DNA of 63,991 bases, filler included. It is 8 parts of 8 records of this genome, joined end to end, with 100 filler letters (N's around TTAATTAATTAA, not from the genome) between each part and the next. Parts side by side here need not be neighbours in the genome. Positions count along the whole stretch, not along the records: positions 24,167 to 31,959 come from SRR31156797_10737; positions 32,060 to 37,272 come from SRR31156797_10749; positions 37,373 to 44,113 come from SRR31156797_10756; 5 more parts are not named here. One strand, given 5' to 3'. Position 1 is the first letter of the stretch. Each line of letters begins with the position of its first letter. Positions 27,787 to 38,429 of this stretch are shown here, piece by piece. The notes beneath the pieces are model-generated. The model searched no databases. It saw only the letters and a list, made by a program, of their open reading frames with translations, and had not been told where the DNA came from. The translations under genes and the position numbers were made by a program.

Positions 27787-28275
27787 ATGGAAAATAAAAC
27801 ATCTAAAACGGTTTTAGCGGCTCTGCTGCTGTTTGGCTGCTTCCTGCTTTATTCATGGCCGGCTTATGCCGGTTGTGAGTGGACTTCGCCCGAAGACGGG
27901 GCTTTGGATCGCGCCAACTACCTTGAATCCGTCAAAAAGATGGAAAAATCCCGGATAATCGACAGTATAAAAAAGGGACGCGATCGATTGGCTGCATGTT
28001 TGGGTGATGAAAGTTTTATCCATTACTACTGCTCGGCTTCAATCGTCATTGGCCGTTACGGCAGAAAAAGCTGTAAATGGCCGCCTGCCGGGCCTGGCTC
28101 CGCCGACCGTGAAGAACATTATCGCAGGGCGATAAAATTGGATCGACAAGGAATGGTCAAGGACATCGATGAAAAACTGGCCGCCCTGGACAAATGCCTG
28201 GATCGCCCGATGCTGGATTCGTTTTTTGTTGAAATGTCCCTGTTGCAGGCTGAATACGGTCTGGGCATGAGATAG
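27787..28275 (+). CDS. Exported hypothetical protein with two 66-aa repeats
   Basis: Signal peptide ending AYA; the two repeats align without gaps (CxW..G..DR..CL..YG). Confidence 0.7.
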   Translation: MENKTSKTVLAALLLFGCFLLYSWPAYAGCEWTSPEDGALDRANYLESVKKMEKSRIIDSIKKGRDRLAACLGDESFIHYYCSASIVIGRYGRKSCKWPPAGPGSADREEHYRRAIKLDRQGMVKDIDEKLAALDKCLDRPMLDSFFVEMSLLQAEYGLGMR

Positions 28276-28276
28276 G

Positions 28277-29242
28277 CTATACGGTCCGCTGGAATACCTC
28301 CGGGGTTTCAAAATCGGGCGTATAAGTATCCGGTGAACTCAGATCCTGGATAAATACGTTCTCAAAACCCATAACCATGGCTCTTTGCAGTATCAGGTCG
28401 TACTCTTCCGGCGTCAGGCGGCGGGTCAATTCCGGGAATAAATCCGGTTCAGCAATTATTCTATGAAAGGGCAGGTACTGAGCCATGATGCTCAGCCAGG
28501 ACTCCGGCCCAAATTCCGACGCAATCCATTCCATTACATATTGGGAGCCGGCCATGCGTTCCGGCAACACCAGGTGACGAATAAGCAGCCCCTTTTCCGC
28601 AACTCCGTCCTCATCCAAGATTAAATGACCGGCCTGGTAAAACATTTTCCTGATAGCCGCCCTGTTAACCTCAACATAGTTTCGGGCGCCGAATAACCGG
28701 CCGCACAATTCCCGCGAAGGCGATCTTCTTCCTTTGAATTCGGCCGGACCGGCAAACTTGGCGTCGGGCAGGTATACATCAATAGTTCCATCAAGCAGGT
28801 CCAGGGCAGCGGCGCTGTCAAATCCGCCCGTGTTATAAACCACGGGCAGACTCAATCCCCTGGATTTCGCCAGCGAAAGGGCTTCCAACACATGCACGAC
28901 CCAGGGCGTCGGAGAAACAAGGTTTATATTGTGCGCGCCCTTGTCTTCAAGCTCCAACATCCAGTCGGCCAGGGTTTCCACGCTTATTTCCTCGCCCATG
29001 TCTTGCTGGGAAATCTGGTAATTTTGGCAAAAAACGCATGAAAGCGGGCAATGTGAAAAAAAGATTGTTCCCGAGCCCCTGGTCCCGGATATGGGCGGCT
29101 CTTCGCCGAAATGAAGCAAATGGGCCGAGGCGCGAATTTCACCGCCCGCGCCGCATTTCCCGATTTCACCTGCCAGGCGGTTTGCGCCGCAACCGTGACC
29201 GCAGAGCAAACACCGGGAAAGTATATCGTCATTATAATTCAT
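28277..29242 (-). CDS. Radical SAM protein, PflX-like
   Basis: HFGEEPPISG, CPLSCVFCQN (CxxxCxxC), NINLVSPT and IRHLVLP motifs. Confidence 0.9.
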   Translation of the reverse strand: MNYNDDILSRCLLCGHGCGANRLAGEIGKCGAGGEIRASAHLLHFGEEPPISGTRGSGTIFFSHCPLSCVFCQNYQISQQDMGEEISVETLADWMLELEDKGAHNINLVSPTPWVVHVLEALSLAKSRGLSLPVVYNTGGFDSAAALDLLDGTIDVYLPDAKFAGPAEFKGRRSPSRELCGRLFGARNYVEVNRAAIRKMFYQAGHLILDEDGVAEKGLLIRHLVLPERMAGSQYVMEWIASEFGPESWLSIMAQYLPFHRIIAEPDLFPELTRRLTPEEYDLILQRAMVMGFENVFIQDLSSPDTYTPDFETPEVFQRTV

Positions 29243-29277
29243 TTTGCCGCCGAAGAAAAAACCGCGAATCGAAAATG

Positions 29278-30447
29278 TCAGTTCTTTTCGTCGCCCAGCC
29301 TTTTTACAGCGTCGTATATTTCCCGGAGCGGAAGGTTTGTTTGTTCGGCAACGGCCCGGCAGGCTTCGAATTCAGGTATAATTTCAAACTTGCCGTTTCG
29401 CAGCACTTTTTTTACCGTTATTTCGCCCCAGGGCGTTTCCAGGCGAGACTCTTCCCGGGGCAACCGGATGCGATCCACTCGATAAGTCCGAACTCCCAGA
29501 GTGGTGGATTCCCTGAGAACCAGTTCCGTGAGGTTGTTTGTATCTTCAAGCCCGGAAAGAACGGATAGAGTGACCGCCGGCCGCCCCTTTTTCATCTGAA
29601 TGGGGGTCAGCCAGACATCCAGGGCTCCGGCCGCCATCAGCTTTTCCATCAAAAACGGTAGAAGCTCGGGATTCATGTCGTCTATATTCGTTTCCGCGAC
29701 ATAAAGGGATTCCTTGACCGTTCCCCCCTCGGGCTCGCCTATGGATAAACGCAATATATTCGGCCTGTCCGGCAAATCCCTTGTTCCCGCGCCCCGCCCA
29801 TTGACTTTTATGGTCATGTACGGACGCGGGCCGAATGATGCGGCCAGCGTGGATAACAGCACGGCCCCGGTAGGCGTGACCAACTCGGTTTTCAGTTCCG
29901 TGCCGTACGTTGGAACGTCTTTTAACAATTCCAAAGTTGCCGGCGCCGGTAAGGGGATCCTGCCGTGAGCGCATTCGACAAAGCCGGAGCCCAAAGGCAG
30001 CGGCGACGCGGTAATCTCGGATATTTCAAACCATTCCAGGGCAATAGCCGCTCCGATCATGTCCACTATCGAGTCCACTGCCCCCACTTCGTGGAAATGG
30101 ACCTCATCCATTTTCCGTCCGTGCATTTTGCCTTCAACCACGGCCAGGTTCCTGAATACGGTTTTGGCCGTCTCTTTTACCTGTCCCGACAGCTTGCTGC
30201 CGTCTATCATATCCCGTATGTCCGCATAAGTGCGGTGATGATGCTGGTGTTCGTAATTAACGTGAAACTTGACCGCTGCCAATCCTTGCTTTGAAATCAG
30301 TTCGGATTCGACTTCATAGCCGTGAAAATCCAGCAGGGACAATTGTTCCCGAAGATGTTCCATGGGCAGTCCCGCATCGAGAAAAGCGCCTATAATCATG
30401 TCGCCGCTGGCGCCGGCCGGGCAGTCAAAATATGCTATTCGTGTCAT
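29278..30447 (-). CDS. larC: Nickel pincer cofactor biosynthesis protein LarC
   Basis: GASGDM, His-rich HQHHHR, VHFHEVGAVDSIVD, ETNIDDMNPE and MKKGRP motifs. Confidence 0.92.
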   Translation of the reverse strand: MTRIAYFDCPAGASGDMIIGAFLDAGLPMEHLREQLSLLDFHGYEVESELISKQGLAAVKFHVNYEHQHHHRTYADIRDMIDGSKLSGQVKETAKTVFRNLAVVEGKMHGRKMDEVHFHEVGAVDSIVDMIGAAIALEWFEISEITASPLPLGSGFVECAHGRIPLPAPATLELLKDVPTYGTELKTELVTPTGAVLLSTLAASFGPRPYMTIKVNGRGAGTRDLPDRPNILRLSIGEPEGGTVKESLYVAETNIDDMNPELLPFLMEKLMAAGALDVWLTPIQMKKGRPAVTLSVLSGLEDTNNLTELVLRESTTLGVRTYRVDRIRLPREESRLETPWGEITVKKVLRNGKFEIIPEFEACRAVAEQTNLPLREIYDAVKRLGDEKN

Positions 30448-30501
30448 GGACGCTCCTGTTGTCGTCTCTGTATAAATCTTTGATAAGATTCTGTTAATCG
30501 C

Positions 30502-31959
30502 CTATGCTGATTTAAGCGTCGTCTGTTTCCCTATCTTCTTTTTCACGGGCTCCGCTTTTTTCCCGGCCGTCGTCTTGCGCTTCTTTTTTTCTTGCGGAAA
30601 GATTAAAGTCAGGAATTCATCCATGTCGCTCACTGTAATGAACTGGATTTTCTTCCGGACCGCCGGAGGAATCTCGGTCACATCCTTTTTATTCTGCTCG
30701 GGAATAATGACCTTGTTTATGCCTGCGCGCAAGGCGGCCAGGGCTTTTTCCCTCAAACCTCCGATGGCCATTATCTTACCCCGAAGCGTTATCTCTCCGG
30801 TCATGGCCATGTCCCGGGGAACAGGCCGGTCGGTAATGGCCGACAACAAGGCCGCGGTCATGGTCACCCCGGCCGAAGGCCCTTCCTTGGGCACCGCGCC
30901 GGCAGGAACATGTATATGGATGTCGACTTCGTCGAAAAACTCATCCTTCAGCTTCAGCTTGTCAACCCTCGACCTGGCGAATGATAAGGCGGCCTGGGCG
31001 CTTTCCTTCATGACTTCGCCAAGCTGTCCGGTCAGGGAAAGATTGCCTTTTCCCGGCATCACCCGAGCCTCAATGTATAATAATTCTCCGCCGAATTCCG
31101 TCCAGGCCAGGCCCGTGGCCACGCCCACTTCTCCTTCTTCCTGTTGCGGTTCCGGTATAAAGTCCGGAACCCCCAGAAACTTATGGATATTTGAAGTGGA
31201 TACGGTAAACAGGCCGCTCTCGCCCTCGGCAATACGCCGGGCGATTTTGCGGCAGACCGCCCCCAGTTTCCTTTCCAGGCTCCTCAAGCCTGCTTCAAGA
31301 GTATATTCGGTGATGATCTTTGAAATAGTCTTGTCTGACAATTTAAACGTTCCGGGTTCCAGTCCGTTTTCCTTTAACTGTCTAGGCAACAGATACTTTT
31401 TGGCGATCATCAGCTTGTCATGTTCCGTATAACCGGGCAGCCGGATGATTTCCATGCGGTCTTCCAGGGCCTGGGGGATCGGATCGATCAGGTTGGCCGT
31501 GGTTATGAACATCACCTTGGAAAGGTCAAAAGGCAGATTCAGATAATGATCGGAAAAAGAATGATTCTGTTCCGGGTCCAGAACCTCAAGCAGGGCCGCG
31601 GAGGGGTCTCCCCGAAAATCCGCCCCGATTTTATCGATTTCATCCATCATGAACACCGGGTTATTCGTACCCGCCGTCTTTAAGCCCTGGATTATCCTGC
31701 CCGGCAAGGAACCAATATAGGTTCTTCTGTGTCCCCTTATTTCCGCTTCATCCCTGACTCCGCCCAGGGATATGCGAACGAACTTTCTGCCCAGGGCGCG
31801 GGCGATGGACTGGCCAAGAGAAGTTTTCCCAACCCCTGGAGGCCCCACAAAGCAAAGTATCGGCCCCTTCATTTTCTTGTTCAGTTTGCGGACGGCCAGG
31901 TATTCAAGAATCCTTTCCTTGACTTTGTCCAGATTGTAATGATCGTCGTCCAATACCCG
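30502..31959 (-). CDS. lon: Lon protease, 5'-truncated at the contig edge
   Basis: [21 protein letters not shown] (catalytic Ser) and IGGLREK motifs. Confidence 0.96.
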   Translation of the reverse strand, partial: RVLDDDHYNLDKVKERILEYLAVRKLNKKMKGPILCFVGPPGVGKTSLGQSIARALGRKFVRISLGGVRDEAEIRGHRRTYIGSLPGRIIQGLKTAGTNNPVFMMDEIDKIGADFRGDPSAALLEVLDPEQNHSFSDHYLNLPFDLSKVMFITTANLIDPIPQALEDRMEIIRLPGYTEHDKLMIAKKYLLPRQLKENGLEPGTFKLSDKTISKIITEYTLEAGLRSLERKLGAVCRKIARRIAEGESGLFTVSTSNIHKFLGVPDFIPEPQQEEGEVGVATGLAWTEFGGELLYIEARVMPGKGNLSLTGQLGEVMKESAQAALSFARSRVDKLKLKDEFFDEVDIHIHVPAGAVPKEGPSAGVTMTAALLSAITDRPVPRDMAMTGEITLRGKIMAIGGLREKALAALRAGINKVIIPEQNKKDVTEIPPAVRKKIQFITVSDMDEFLTLIFPQEKKKRKTTAGKKAEPVKKKIGKQTTLKSA

Positions 31960-32059
31960 NNNNNNNNNNNNNNNNNNNNNNNNNNNNNNNNNNNNNNNNN
32001 NNNTTAATTAATTAANNNNNNNNNNNNNNNNNNNNNNNNNNNNNNNNNNNNNNNNNNNN
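31960..32059. other. Artificial contig linker
   Basis: N/TTAATTAATTAA/N spacer. Confidence 0.98.
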
Positions 32060-32983
32060 CAATTCCTGATGGAAGTGTGAATATGTATGCTTTGCCGGAG
32101 CAGGAAGTTCCTCGTTGATCACAATATTGTTCTGACGGCAGAAATTATCCAAATAATCGGACTTCGGTTCTTTCAGTGTAAAACCCGGATATTCCCAAAG
32201 CCCGCCTAAAAATCCATTTGCCGGTCGTTGCACCATCAGAACCTTATCATTTTCTTCAATAATAAATGCGGCACCATATCGTGTGGGGATCTTCTTCTTT
32301 TCCGGCTTGATAGGATAATCCGGAACCTTATTTGTCTTAAATGCACCACAATGATCTTTTAAAGGACAAAGACCGCAATCCGGCTTTAGCGTACACTGTA
32401 AAGATCCCATTTCCATCCAGGCCTGATTCACCCAGCCGGGGTGGTGTCCGTGAAATCCTTTATTCATTATCTCAAATAACATCTTATGATATTTTTGAGT
32501 CGATATATTCGAGTCAACACAGAACAATCTGGCCATAACACGTTTCACATTACCATCCACGACCGCCGCAGGATATCCGAACGCAATACTGGAAACGGCA
32601 GCAGCCGTATAAGGTCCAACACCCGGCACTTTCAACCAATCGTCATAATTATCCGGAAAGGGATGAACGTTTGCTTCAGCATGTTCAACGATATATTTAG
32701 CACCTTTATGAAAATTGCGTGCTCGCGTGTAATAACCCAGTCCTTCCCAGATCCTAAGCACATCTTCAAGTGAGGCTTTTGCCAAAACGAATACATCTGG
32801 AAATCGTTCGATCCATTTATGGAAATATTTTTCAACTGTTGCAACCTGGGTTTGCTGTAGCATCATCTCGCTGACCCAGATATGATAGGGATCATTTGAA
32901 CCGCGCCAGGGCATTTCACGGCGATGTTCATCAAACCAGAGCATTAAAGCATCTGTCATGTCTTTTGTGATGATTTTATTCAT
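32060..32983 (-). CDS. mutY: A/G-specific adenine glycosylase MutY, 3'-truncated
   Basis: WVSEMMLQQTQV, WEGLGYY, HhH-GPD motif (PGVGPYT..VDGNV), 4Fe-4S cysteines and a NUDIX-like C-terminus. Confidence 0.95.
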
Positions 32984-33702
32984 TATCTACTGATGGGGAA
33001 ATTCAGGGGAATGGAAATTGAAACAGGTGGAATGATCAGGCCTTGATCGATCTTTGCCCGTTCTTCGCCTTTGTAGAACATGTATGGCACTGCTATGCCG
33101 ATCGCGGCACCCATGATCACATCGCTGAACCAGTGCTGGTCATCATCAAGTCGCTGAAAAGCGGTAATAGCGGCGAATGCATAGGCCGGTAAACCGCCTT
33201 TCCATCCGTACCACATCTGATACATAGTAGCCGTTGCAAAGGCAACAGACGTATGCCCGGAAGGGTAAGATTTATGATCTTTCTCATTTGGGCGGAGCCT
33301 GCCTACTCCATATTTCAAAGCATAGGTTAAAGCAACCGTTCCGATGTTGGCTGCCGCCCAATATCGAAAGGATTCGCCGTAATTTCCGGTTTGGGCGCCA
33401 TAACCCAAAGCACCCAGGGCGGATACCCCGAATGCCCAATAATGGTGCACATAAGAATCAGATATCGCATCCAACCAAGGTGGTAAATAGGCTTTTTTTG
33501 TCATGAATTCCCGTACGGGTTTATCTGCCATCAGTGCCAATCCGGATAATGCGGCACCACTGCCCAAAATAACATAGCCTTCCCAGGTCTTTCCGATCTC
33601 CGGCATGGCGTATTTGAAATAATCTTTCCCATTGAATTGCTGGGCACTGACAAAAGTCAGGCAAACCAATAATATGATGAATATCTTTTTCATAAGTGTC
33701 AA
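32983..33702 (-). CDS. PAP2 family phosphatase
   Basis: KYGVGRLRP, SYPSGH and R..DDQHWFSDV motifs. Confidence 0.9.
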   Translation of the reverse strand: MTLMKKIFIILLVCLTFVSAQQFNGKDYFKYAMPEIGKTWEGYVILGSGAALSGLALMADKPVREFMTKKAYLPPWLDAISDSYVHHYWAFGVSALGALGYGAQTGNYGESFRYWAAANIGTVALTYALKYGVGRLRPNEKDHKSYPSGHTSVAFATATMYQMWYGWKGGLPAYAFAAITAFQRLDDDQHWFSDVIMGAAIGIAVPYMFYKGEERAKIDQGLIIPPVSISIPLNFPISR

Positions 33703-34298
33703 CTTAAGCTATAGCGTTCAAATACTTCAAACAGTTTATTTTCACTATCGACCATTTCAGCATGCCACCCGGCTTTTCGGGCTCCGGCAACATTTTCTTC
33801 GCGATCGTCAACAAATAATGTTTCTGAAGGATCAATATTGAACAGTTTTTCGAACGTAGCATATGACTTGGGATCAGGCTTGATAAAACCATTTATATGT
33901 GAAACATAATGAAATCTCAGAACCCTTTTGATCTCCATGTCTTTATCAAGTCCATTAAAATCCAGAGAATTTGTATTTGAGAATAAAAATACTTTATAGT
34001 TCTTTTTCAAGTAATGCATTCTCGCCCAAGTTCTGACGCGGACTGAAAAGGTCTTTTGTATATTATTACGATACCGTTGTTCATCTCCGTCTTTCAGTGG
34101 AATATATTTATTCAGTTCAAGAAAAAACTCTTCTTCACTGTGTTTTCCCACTTCAAATTCACGAAAGAAATCAGAAGCAAAGAATTCCATGAATTTATCA
34201 TGGTTCCAGCCCATGGCATCTGTAAAACGATTATAATCGACATCAACAAGAACATCACCGAGGTCGAAAACTATATTTTTGATCGTGAAATCACTCAT
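33699..34298 (-). CDS. HAD family phosphatase
   Basis: FDLGDV, SNTN, KP and FVDD motifs. Confidence 0.9.
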   Translation of the reverse strand: MSDFTIKNIVFDLGDVLVDVDYNRFTDAMGWNHDKFMEFFASDFFREFEVGKHSEEEFFLELNKYIPLKDGDEQRYRNNIQKTFSVRVRTWARMHYLKKNYKVFLFSNTNSLDFNGLDKDMEIKRVLRFHYVSHINGFIKPDPKSYATFEKLFNIDPSETLFVDDREENVAGARKAGWHAEMVDSENKLFEVFERYSLS

Positions 34299-35371
34299 TA
34301 TAATTCCAGAAGTTCTTTTGTTGCCGTTGTGTAATTCTCAATACCACTTTTTGTGACGATCACGTCATCTTCGATGCGTACACCACTCCATTCCGGAATA
34401 TAAATACCGGGTTCAACCGTTACGACTTCGTTCACCAGCAGGGATTTTTCATATGTTGGCGACAAACGAGGTTCCGCATGGATCTCCAGACTTAAACCAT
34501 GGCCTAATCCATGACCAAAATAGTCACCATAGCCTTTTGAAGCAATATGGTCACGGGCAATGGCATCAACTTCTTTGCCCGTAACACCGGCTTTAATACC
34601 CTTTAATGATAATTCTTGTGCTTCACGAACAATATTATAGATCTCTCTCTGTTTTGTATCGGCTTTACCCAGGCATACCGTCCGGGTTACATCACCATGA
34701 TATCCTTTGTACATAGCACCAAAATCTATTGTGACAAGATCACCCTTTTCAAGCAATTTATCGGTTGGACTATGATGCGGACGTGAACCGTTTACACCGG
34801 AGGCAATAATGGTCTCAAAACTATCTTTCTCCGAACCCAGATTTTTCATGATATAAGAAAGTTTTGCACTCAACATCCTTTCTGAAATACCGGGCTTGAT
34901 CTCTTTGATCAATTCATCAAAGGCCGCACATGTCAAACGCGTGGCTTCTCGCAAATGATCAAGCTCTATCTCTTCCTTAACGGAAGCCAGTTCTTCCATT
35001 AATCTAGCCTTGTTCACGAATTCGCAATCGGGGAAAAGTAACTTCAGTTTCTCTATTTCCGAATAACTCAAGCGATCGCCTTCAAATCCTATCGAAGAAC
35101 CTTTTTTAACACATTCCGTTTCCTTCATGGCTGTGATCAGATCCTTGCCCACCGGTACGACAATATTCATATTGTTTACTTCTGCCGCACTTTGGGTCTT
35201 GTATCTGAAATCAGTAAAAAACCATGCGTCATCTGATGTAATATAGGTCATACCATTAGAGCCCGAATAGCCGGAAATATATTGTAGATTTGTAGAAAAC
35301 CTAACGAACATAGCGTCAAGTTTATCCATTTTCATTTTTTCTCTTAATCGTTTTAAGCGCATCGTATTCAT
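34298..35371 (-). CDS. Xaa-Pro aminopeptidase (M24B)
   Basis: TDFRY, DFG..D, HGLGHG, EPGIY and RIEDD motifs. Confidence 0.92.
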   Translation of the reverse strand: MNTMRLKRLREKMKMDKLDAMFVRFSTNLQYISGYSGSNGMTYITSDDAWFFTDFRYKTQSAAEVNNMNIVVPVGKDLITAMKETECVKKGSSIGFEGDRLSYSEIEKLKLLFPDCEFVNKARLMEELASVKEEIELDHLREATRLTCAAFDELIKEIKPGISERMLSAKLSYIMKNLGSEKDSFETIIASGVNGSRPHHSPTDKLLEKGDLVTIDFGAMYKGYHGDVTRTVCLGKADTKQREIYNIVREAQELSLKGIKAGVTGKEVDAIARDHIASKGYGDYFGHGLGHGLSLEIHAEPRLSPTYEKSLLVNEVVTVEPGIYIPEWSGVRIEDDVIVTKSGIENYTTATKELLEL

Positions 35372-36144
35372 TATAACTCCTTTGAGCTGTTCATCAGTTG
35401 TTGAAGTCTCAAGATCTCTGTTTTTACAAGCTCCGATCCCGGATCACGTTCTTGAAGCTTTGTCAGTATTCCCATTGCCTGTTCATACAAGCCTTGGCGA
35501 ATATATAATTTTGCCATGGTCATGGTCTCTATCCCGTAGCGGGCCGATTGATCGTGTTTGTTATTCTGAACAGGTGCCTTTTTCTTGGGTGGTGGTGTGA
35601 ATTTTTCTTCGGGAACTATGGATAATTCTTTTCTTGGGGGAATCGCGGGTTTCAGTTGTTCCATTGGTGTGTCCATTTCATTTATCAGATGCTGGATGTA
35701 AGTATTATCATCAACACCCGGCAGGTTTGGCGTTTGCATAGCATCCTGTCCGATATTGCTGATCTGAAGATTGGGATTCAAGGGTACATCAGTAAATTTC
35801 TGTATAAAACCGTACATCTCATCAGTGCCGTCTTTATAAGCGATGATAAGGCTATAGATATATTTCAGTTCACCTACCGAATAGTTGTCCTTATTCAGTT
35901 TTAGTAGCATTTCCGCTGCGGAAATAAAACCGGGATCAAACCTTAAGGCTTTTGTAAAGCATTCAATAGCACGGAAAATATCATTTTTTTGCTGATAACA
36001 TAAGCCCATGGAAAATAATGGCAACGCTTCATCCGGATGCTTTTCGATCAATAGTTTTGCCTTTTCCAAAGCAACATTCACTTCCCGTTTTTCCAGATAC
36101 TCCAAAACGGATTGATTCTCTTCGTAAAAATTAACGTGTTCCAT
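35371..36144 (-). CDS. TPR-containing protein
   Basis: N-terminal TPR helices; C-terminal TMTMAKLYIRQG motif. Confidence 0.75.
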   Translation of the reverse strand: MEHVNFYEENQSVLEYLEKREVNVALEKAKLLIEKHPDEALPLFSMGLCYQQKNDIFRAIECFTKALRFDPGFISAAEMLLKLNKDNYSVGELKYIYSLIIAYKDGTDEMYGFIQKFTDVPLNPNLQISNIGQDAMQTPNLPGVDDNTYIQHLINEMDTPMEQLKPAIPPRKELSIVPEEKFTPPPKKKAPVQNNKHDQSARYGIETMTMAKLYIRQGLYEQAMGILTKLQERDPGSELVKTEILRLQQLMNSSKEL

Positions 36145-36146
36145 AT

Positions 36147-36842
36147 TTACTCCAAATGTCCTTGTTCCCTTAAACTGAGATACCCCGAATGACCGATGAT
36201 GATGTGATCAAGCAAGGGGATATCCAGGATCTCACCTGCCTGATGAATGGTCTTTGTTATCTCAATGTCCTGTCGGCTTGCTTTCAATTCCCCACTGGGA
36301 TGATTATGCATTAAAATAATAGCCGAAGCTAGATGATCAATGGCGGGTTTAAACACTTCCCGCGGATGCACAATGGACGCGCTAATGCTTCCAATAGATA
36401 CATTGATATCCCGAAAAGCCCGATGTGCCCGGTTAAGTAAAATAACCTTACATACTTCTTTCCGTAAAAGTCGCATTCGTTCGCCATAGGCATTGGCAAC
36501 ACTTTCAGGACCGGTGATCACCGGTGTTTCGTTTGAAAGCATCGCCTCATGAAAGCGCGCACCCAGCTGGAAAGCCGCCGCCAACGTCGTTGCTTTGGCA
36601 GGGCCAAGCCCATGATGTTTTGAAAGAGCTCCTGTTGTCATCATTCCAATCTGCAGCAAACCATCATTATCAGCTAACAATTGTTTTGCAATATCAAGCG
36701 CGGAATACTTTTGCGTTCCCGTCCTCAATAAGATCGCGATCAGTTCAGCGTGAGTCAATGTTTCAGCGCCCTGCTGAATACATTTTTCACGGGGCCGGTC
36801 ATCCACCGGCCACTGTTTCATGGTCGTTTTCGTCACCCTCAA
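36147..36842 (-). CDS. radC: RadC/JAB-domain protein
   Basis: RPREK, ELIAILLRTG, VHPREVF and HNHPSG..D motifs. Confidence 0.93.
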   Translation of the reverse strand: MRVTKTTMKQWPVDDRPREKCIQQGAETLTHAELIAILLRTGTQKYSALDIAKQLLADNDGLLQIGMMTTGALSKHHGLGPAKATTLAAAFQLGARFHEAMLSNETPVITGPESVANAYGERMRLLRKEVCKVILLNRAHRAFRDINVSIGSISASIVHPREVFKPAIDHLASAIILMHNHPSGELKASRQDIEITKTIHQAGEILDIPLLDHIIIGHSGYLSLREQGHLE

Positions 36843-36860
36843 TTTCGTCCCCTTTATTGT

Positions 36861-37271
36861 CTATGAATTACGCGGACTGTCCTTAAACCAATTTTCAATA
36901 AAGTCTATGGTCGTCGTGGTCGGAGTTCCCGGCCCGAACAGTTCAGCAACACCCATTTTTTTCAATTCGTCCATATCTTCTTCGGGGATCACTCCGCCGC
37001 CTACAAATAGGACATCATCCATCTCGTTCTCTTTCAGCAATTCCAAAACCTTCGGAAAAATGGTCATGTGAGCACCCGATAGAATTGATAAGGAGATCAC
37101 ATCCGCATCCTCTTGAATGGCGGCCTGAACGATCATTTCAGGCGTTTGGCGCAAACCAAGATAGATCACTTCCATGCCGGCATCGCGCAATGCATTTGCA
37201 ATAACTTTAGCTCCTCTGTCATGTCCGTCAAGACCTGGTTTTGCTAAAACAACACGAATTTTCTTTTTCAT
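36861..37271 (-). CDS. Cobalamin-binding subunit of methylmalonyl-CoA mutase family
   Basis: [10 protein letters not shown] (DxHxxG), SILSGAH, GGGVIP and FGPGT motifs. Confidence 0.92.
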   Translation of the reverse strand: MKKKIRVVLAKPGLDGHDRGAKVIANALRDAGMEVIYLGLRQTPEMIVQAAIQEDADVISLSILSGAHMTIFPKVLELLKENEMDDVLFVGGGVIPEEDMDELKKMGVAELFGPGTPTTTTIDFIENWFKDSPRNS

Positions 37272-37272
37272 T

Positions 37273-37372
37273 NNNNNNNNNNNNNNNNNNNNNNNNNNNN
37301 NNNNNNNNNNNNNNNNTTAATTAATTAANNNNNNNNNNNNNNNNNNNNNNNNNNNNNNNNNNNNNNNNNNNN
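37273..37372. other. Artificial contig linker
   Basis: N/TTAATTAATTAA/N spacer. Confidence 0.98.
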
Positions 37373-38329
37373 TTTCCAAAAATTAGTTTTCTTTTTGCTG
37401 AAAATGAAAAATACACCGGCAAATGGGAAGTCCTTCCAATTGGTTTGCATCAGGAAGGAATTGATAAAACCGACTCAGATTATTATTTTTTAGAAAAGGA
37501 AGAAATAGCTATAAATAAACATTCTCGTTCAACATTTTCACATAAAGGAACTTTTGGACATGCCCTGTTAATTGCCGGAAGTTTTGGGAAAATGGGGGCA
37601 TCAATTTTGGCGTCGAAAGCATGTTTGCGATCGGGGATTGGTTTATTAACTTCACATGTTCCGCGAATGGGTTATACTATAATTCAGACGGCGGTTCCGG
37701 AAGCAATGGCAAGTGTAGACCAGCACGATTCAATGTTTACCGAATTTCCCGATTTAAGGCCTTTTTCAGCCATTGGAATTGGCCCCGGACTTAATAAAAA
37801 ACAAAACTCGAAAAAAGCACTTTGTGAATTGCTTGAACAAGCAAAAGTGCCGCTCGTAATCGATGCCGATGGTTTAAATATTCTTTCAGAAAATAAACTA
37901 TGGCTGGAAAAATTGCCTGAAAATTCAATTCTTACCCCACACCCGGGCGAATTTCAGCGATTGGCAGGCAATACAGAGAATTCTTTCGATAGGATTCAAA
38001 AACAAATTCAGTTTTCAAAAAAGTATAACGTTGTGGTTGCTTTAAAAGGTGCATACACCAGCATTTCTACGCCGCAGGGTAATGTTTATTTTAATTCTAC
38101 CGGTAATCCGGGAATGGCAACGGCTGGCAGTGGCGATGTTTTAACAGGAATTATTTTGGGTTTGCTCGCTCAGGGAATTGAACCAACTGAAGCAGCTAAA
38201 ACAGCTGTTTTTTTGCATGGCCTGGCAGGCGATTTGGCAAGAAACAAAAAAACGGAACCCGCACTGATTGCAGGTGATATAATCGATTACCTGGGAAAAG
38301 CATTTAAAATACTAATCAATAAAAAATAA
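37373..38329 (+). CDS. nnrD: NAD(P)H-hydrate repair enzyme, dehydratase domain of an NnrE-NnrD fusion, 5'-truncated
   Basis: Frame open from the contig edge; HKGTFG, GIGPG, DADG, TPHPGEF and GSGDVLTG motifs. Confidence 0.92.
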   Translation, partial: FPKISFLFAENEKYTGKWEVLPIGLHQEGIDKTDSDYYFLEKEEIAINKHSRSTFSHKGTFGHALLIAGSFGKMGASILASKACLRSGIGLLTSHVPRMGYTIIQTAVPEAMASVDQHDSMFTEFPDLRPFSAIGIGPGLNKKQNSKKALCELLEQAKVPLVIDADGLNILSENKLWLEKLPENSILTPHPGEFQRLAGNTENSFDRIQKQIQFSKKYNVVVALKGAYTSISTPQGNVYFNSTGNPGMATAGSGDVLTGIILGLLAQGIEPTEAAKTAVFLHGLAGDLARNKKTEPALIAGDIIDYLGKAFKILINKK

Positions 38330-38429
38330 TTCAAAAATTGAATCGTTTAAAATATGTGAATGCATGAATTGAAAATTTCCGGGCATTCAAAATTAAAAAC
38401 TTCAATTATTAAAAATAAACCTACGAACT

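Noticed and set aside
30575-31432. 285-aa plus-strand ORF and similar antisense ORFs (19456-19863, 29038-29568, 42415-42837, 46106-46678)
   Set aside because: They lie opposite well-supported genes and have no recognisable motifs; they are codon-bias shadows.
32060-37272. Fragment 4 as a DNA-repair or mobile island because of radC and mutY
   Set aside because: This is a full-length chromosomal-type RadC in a mixed housekeeping operon, with no mobility genes.
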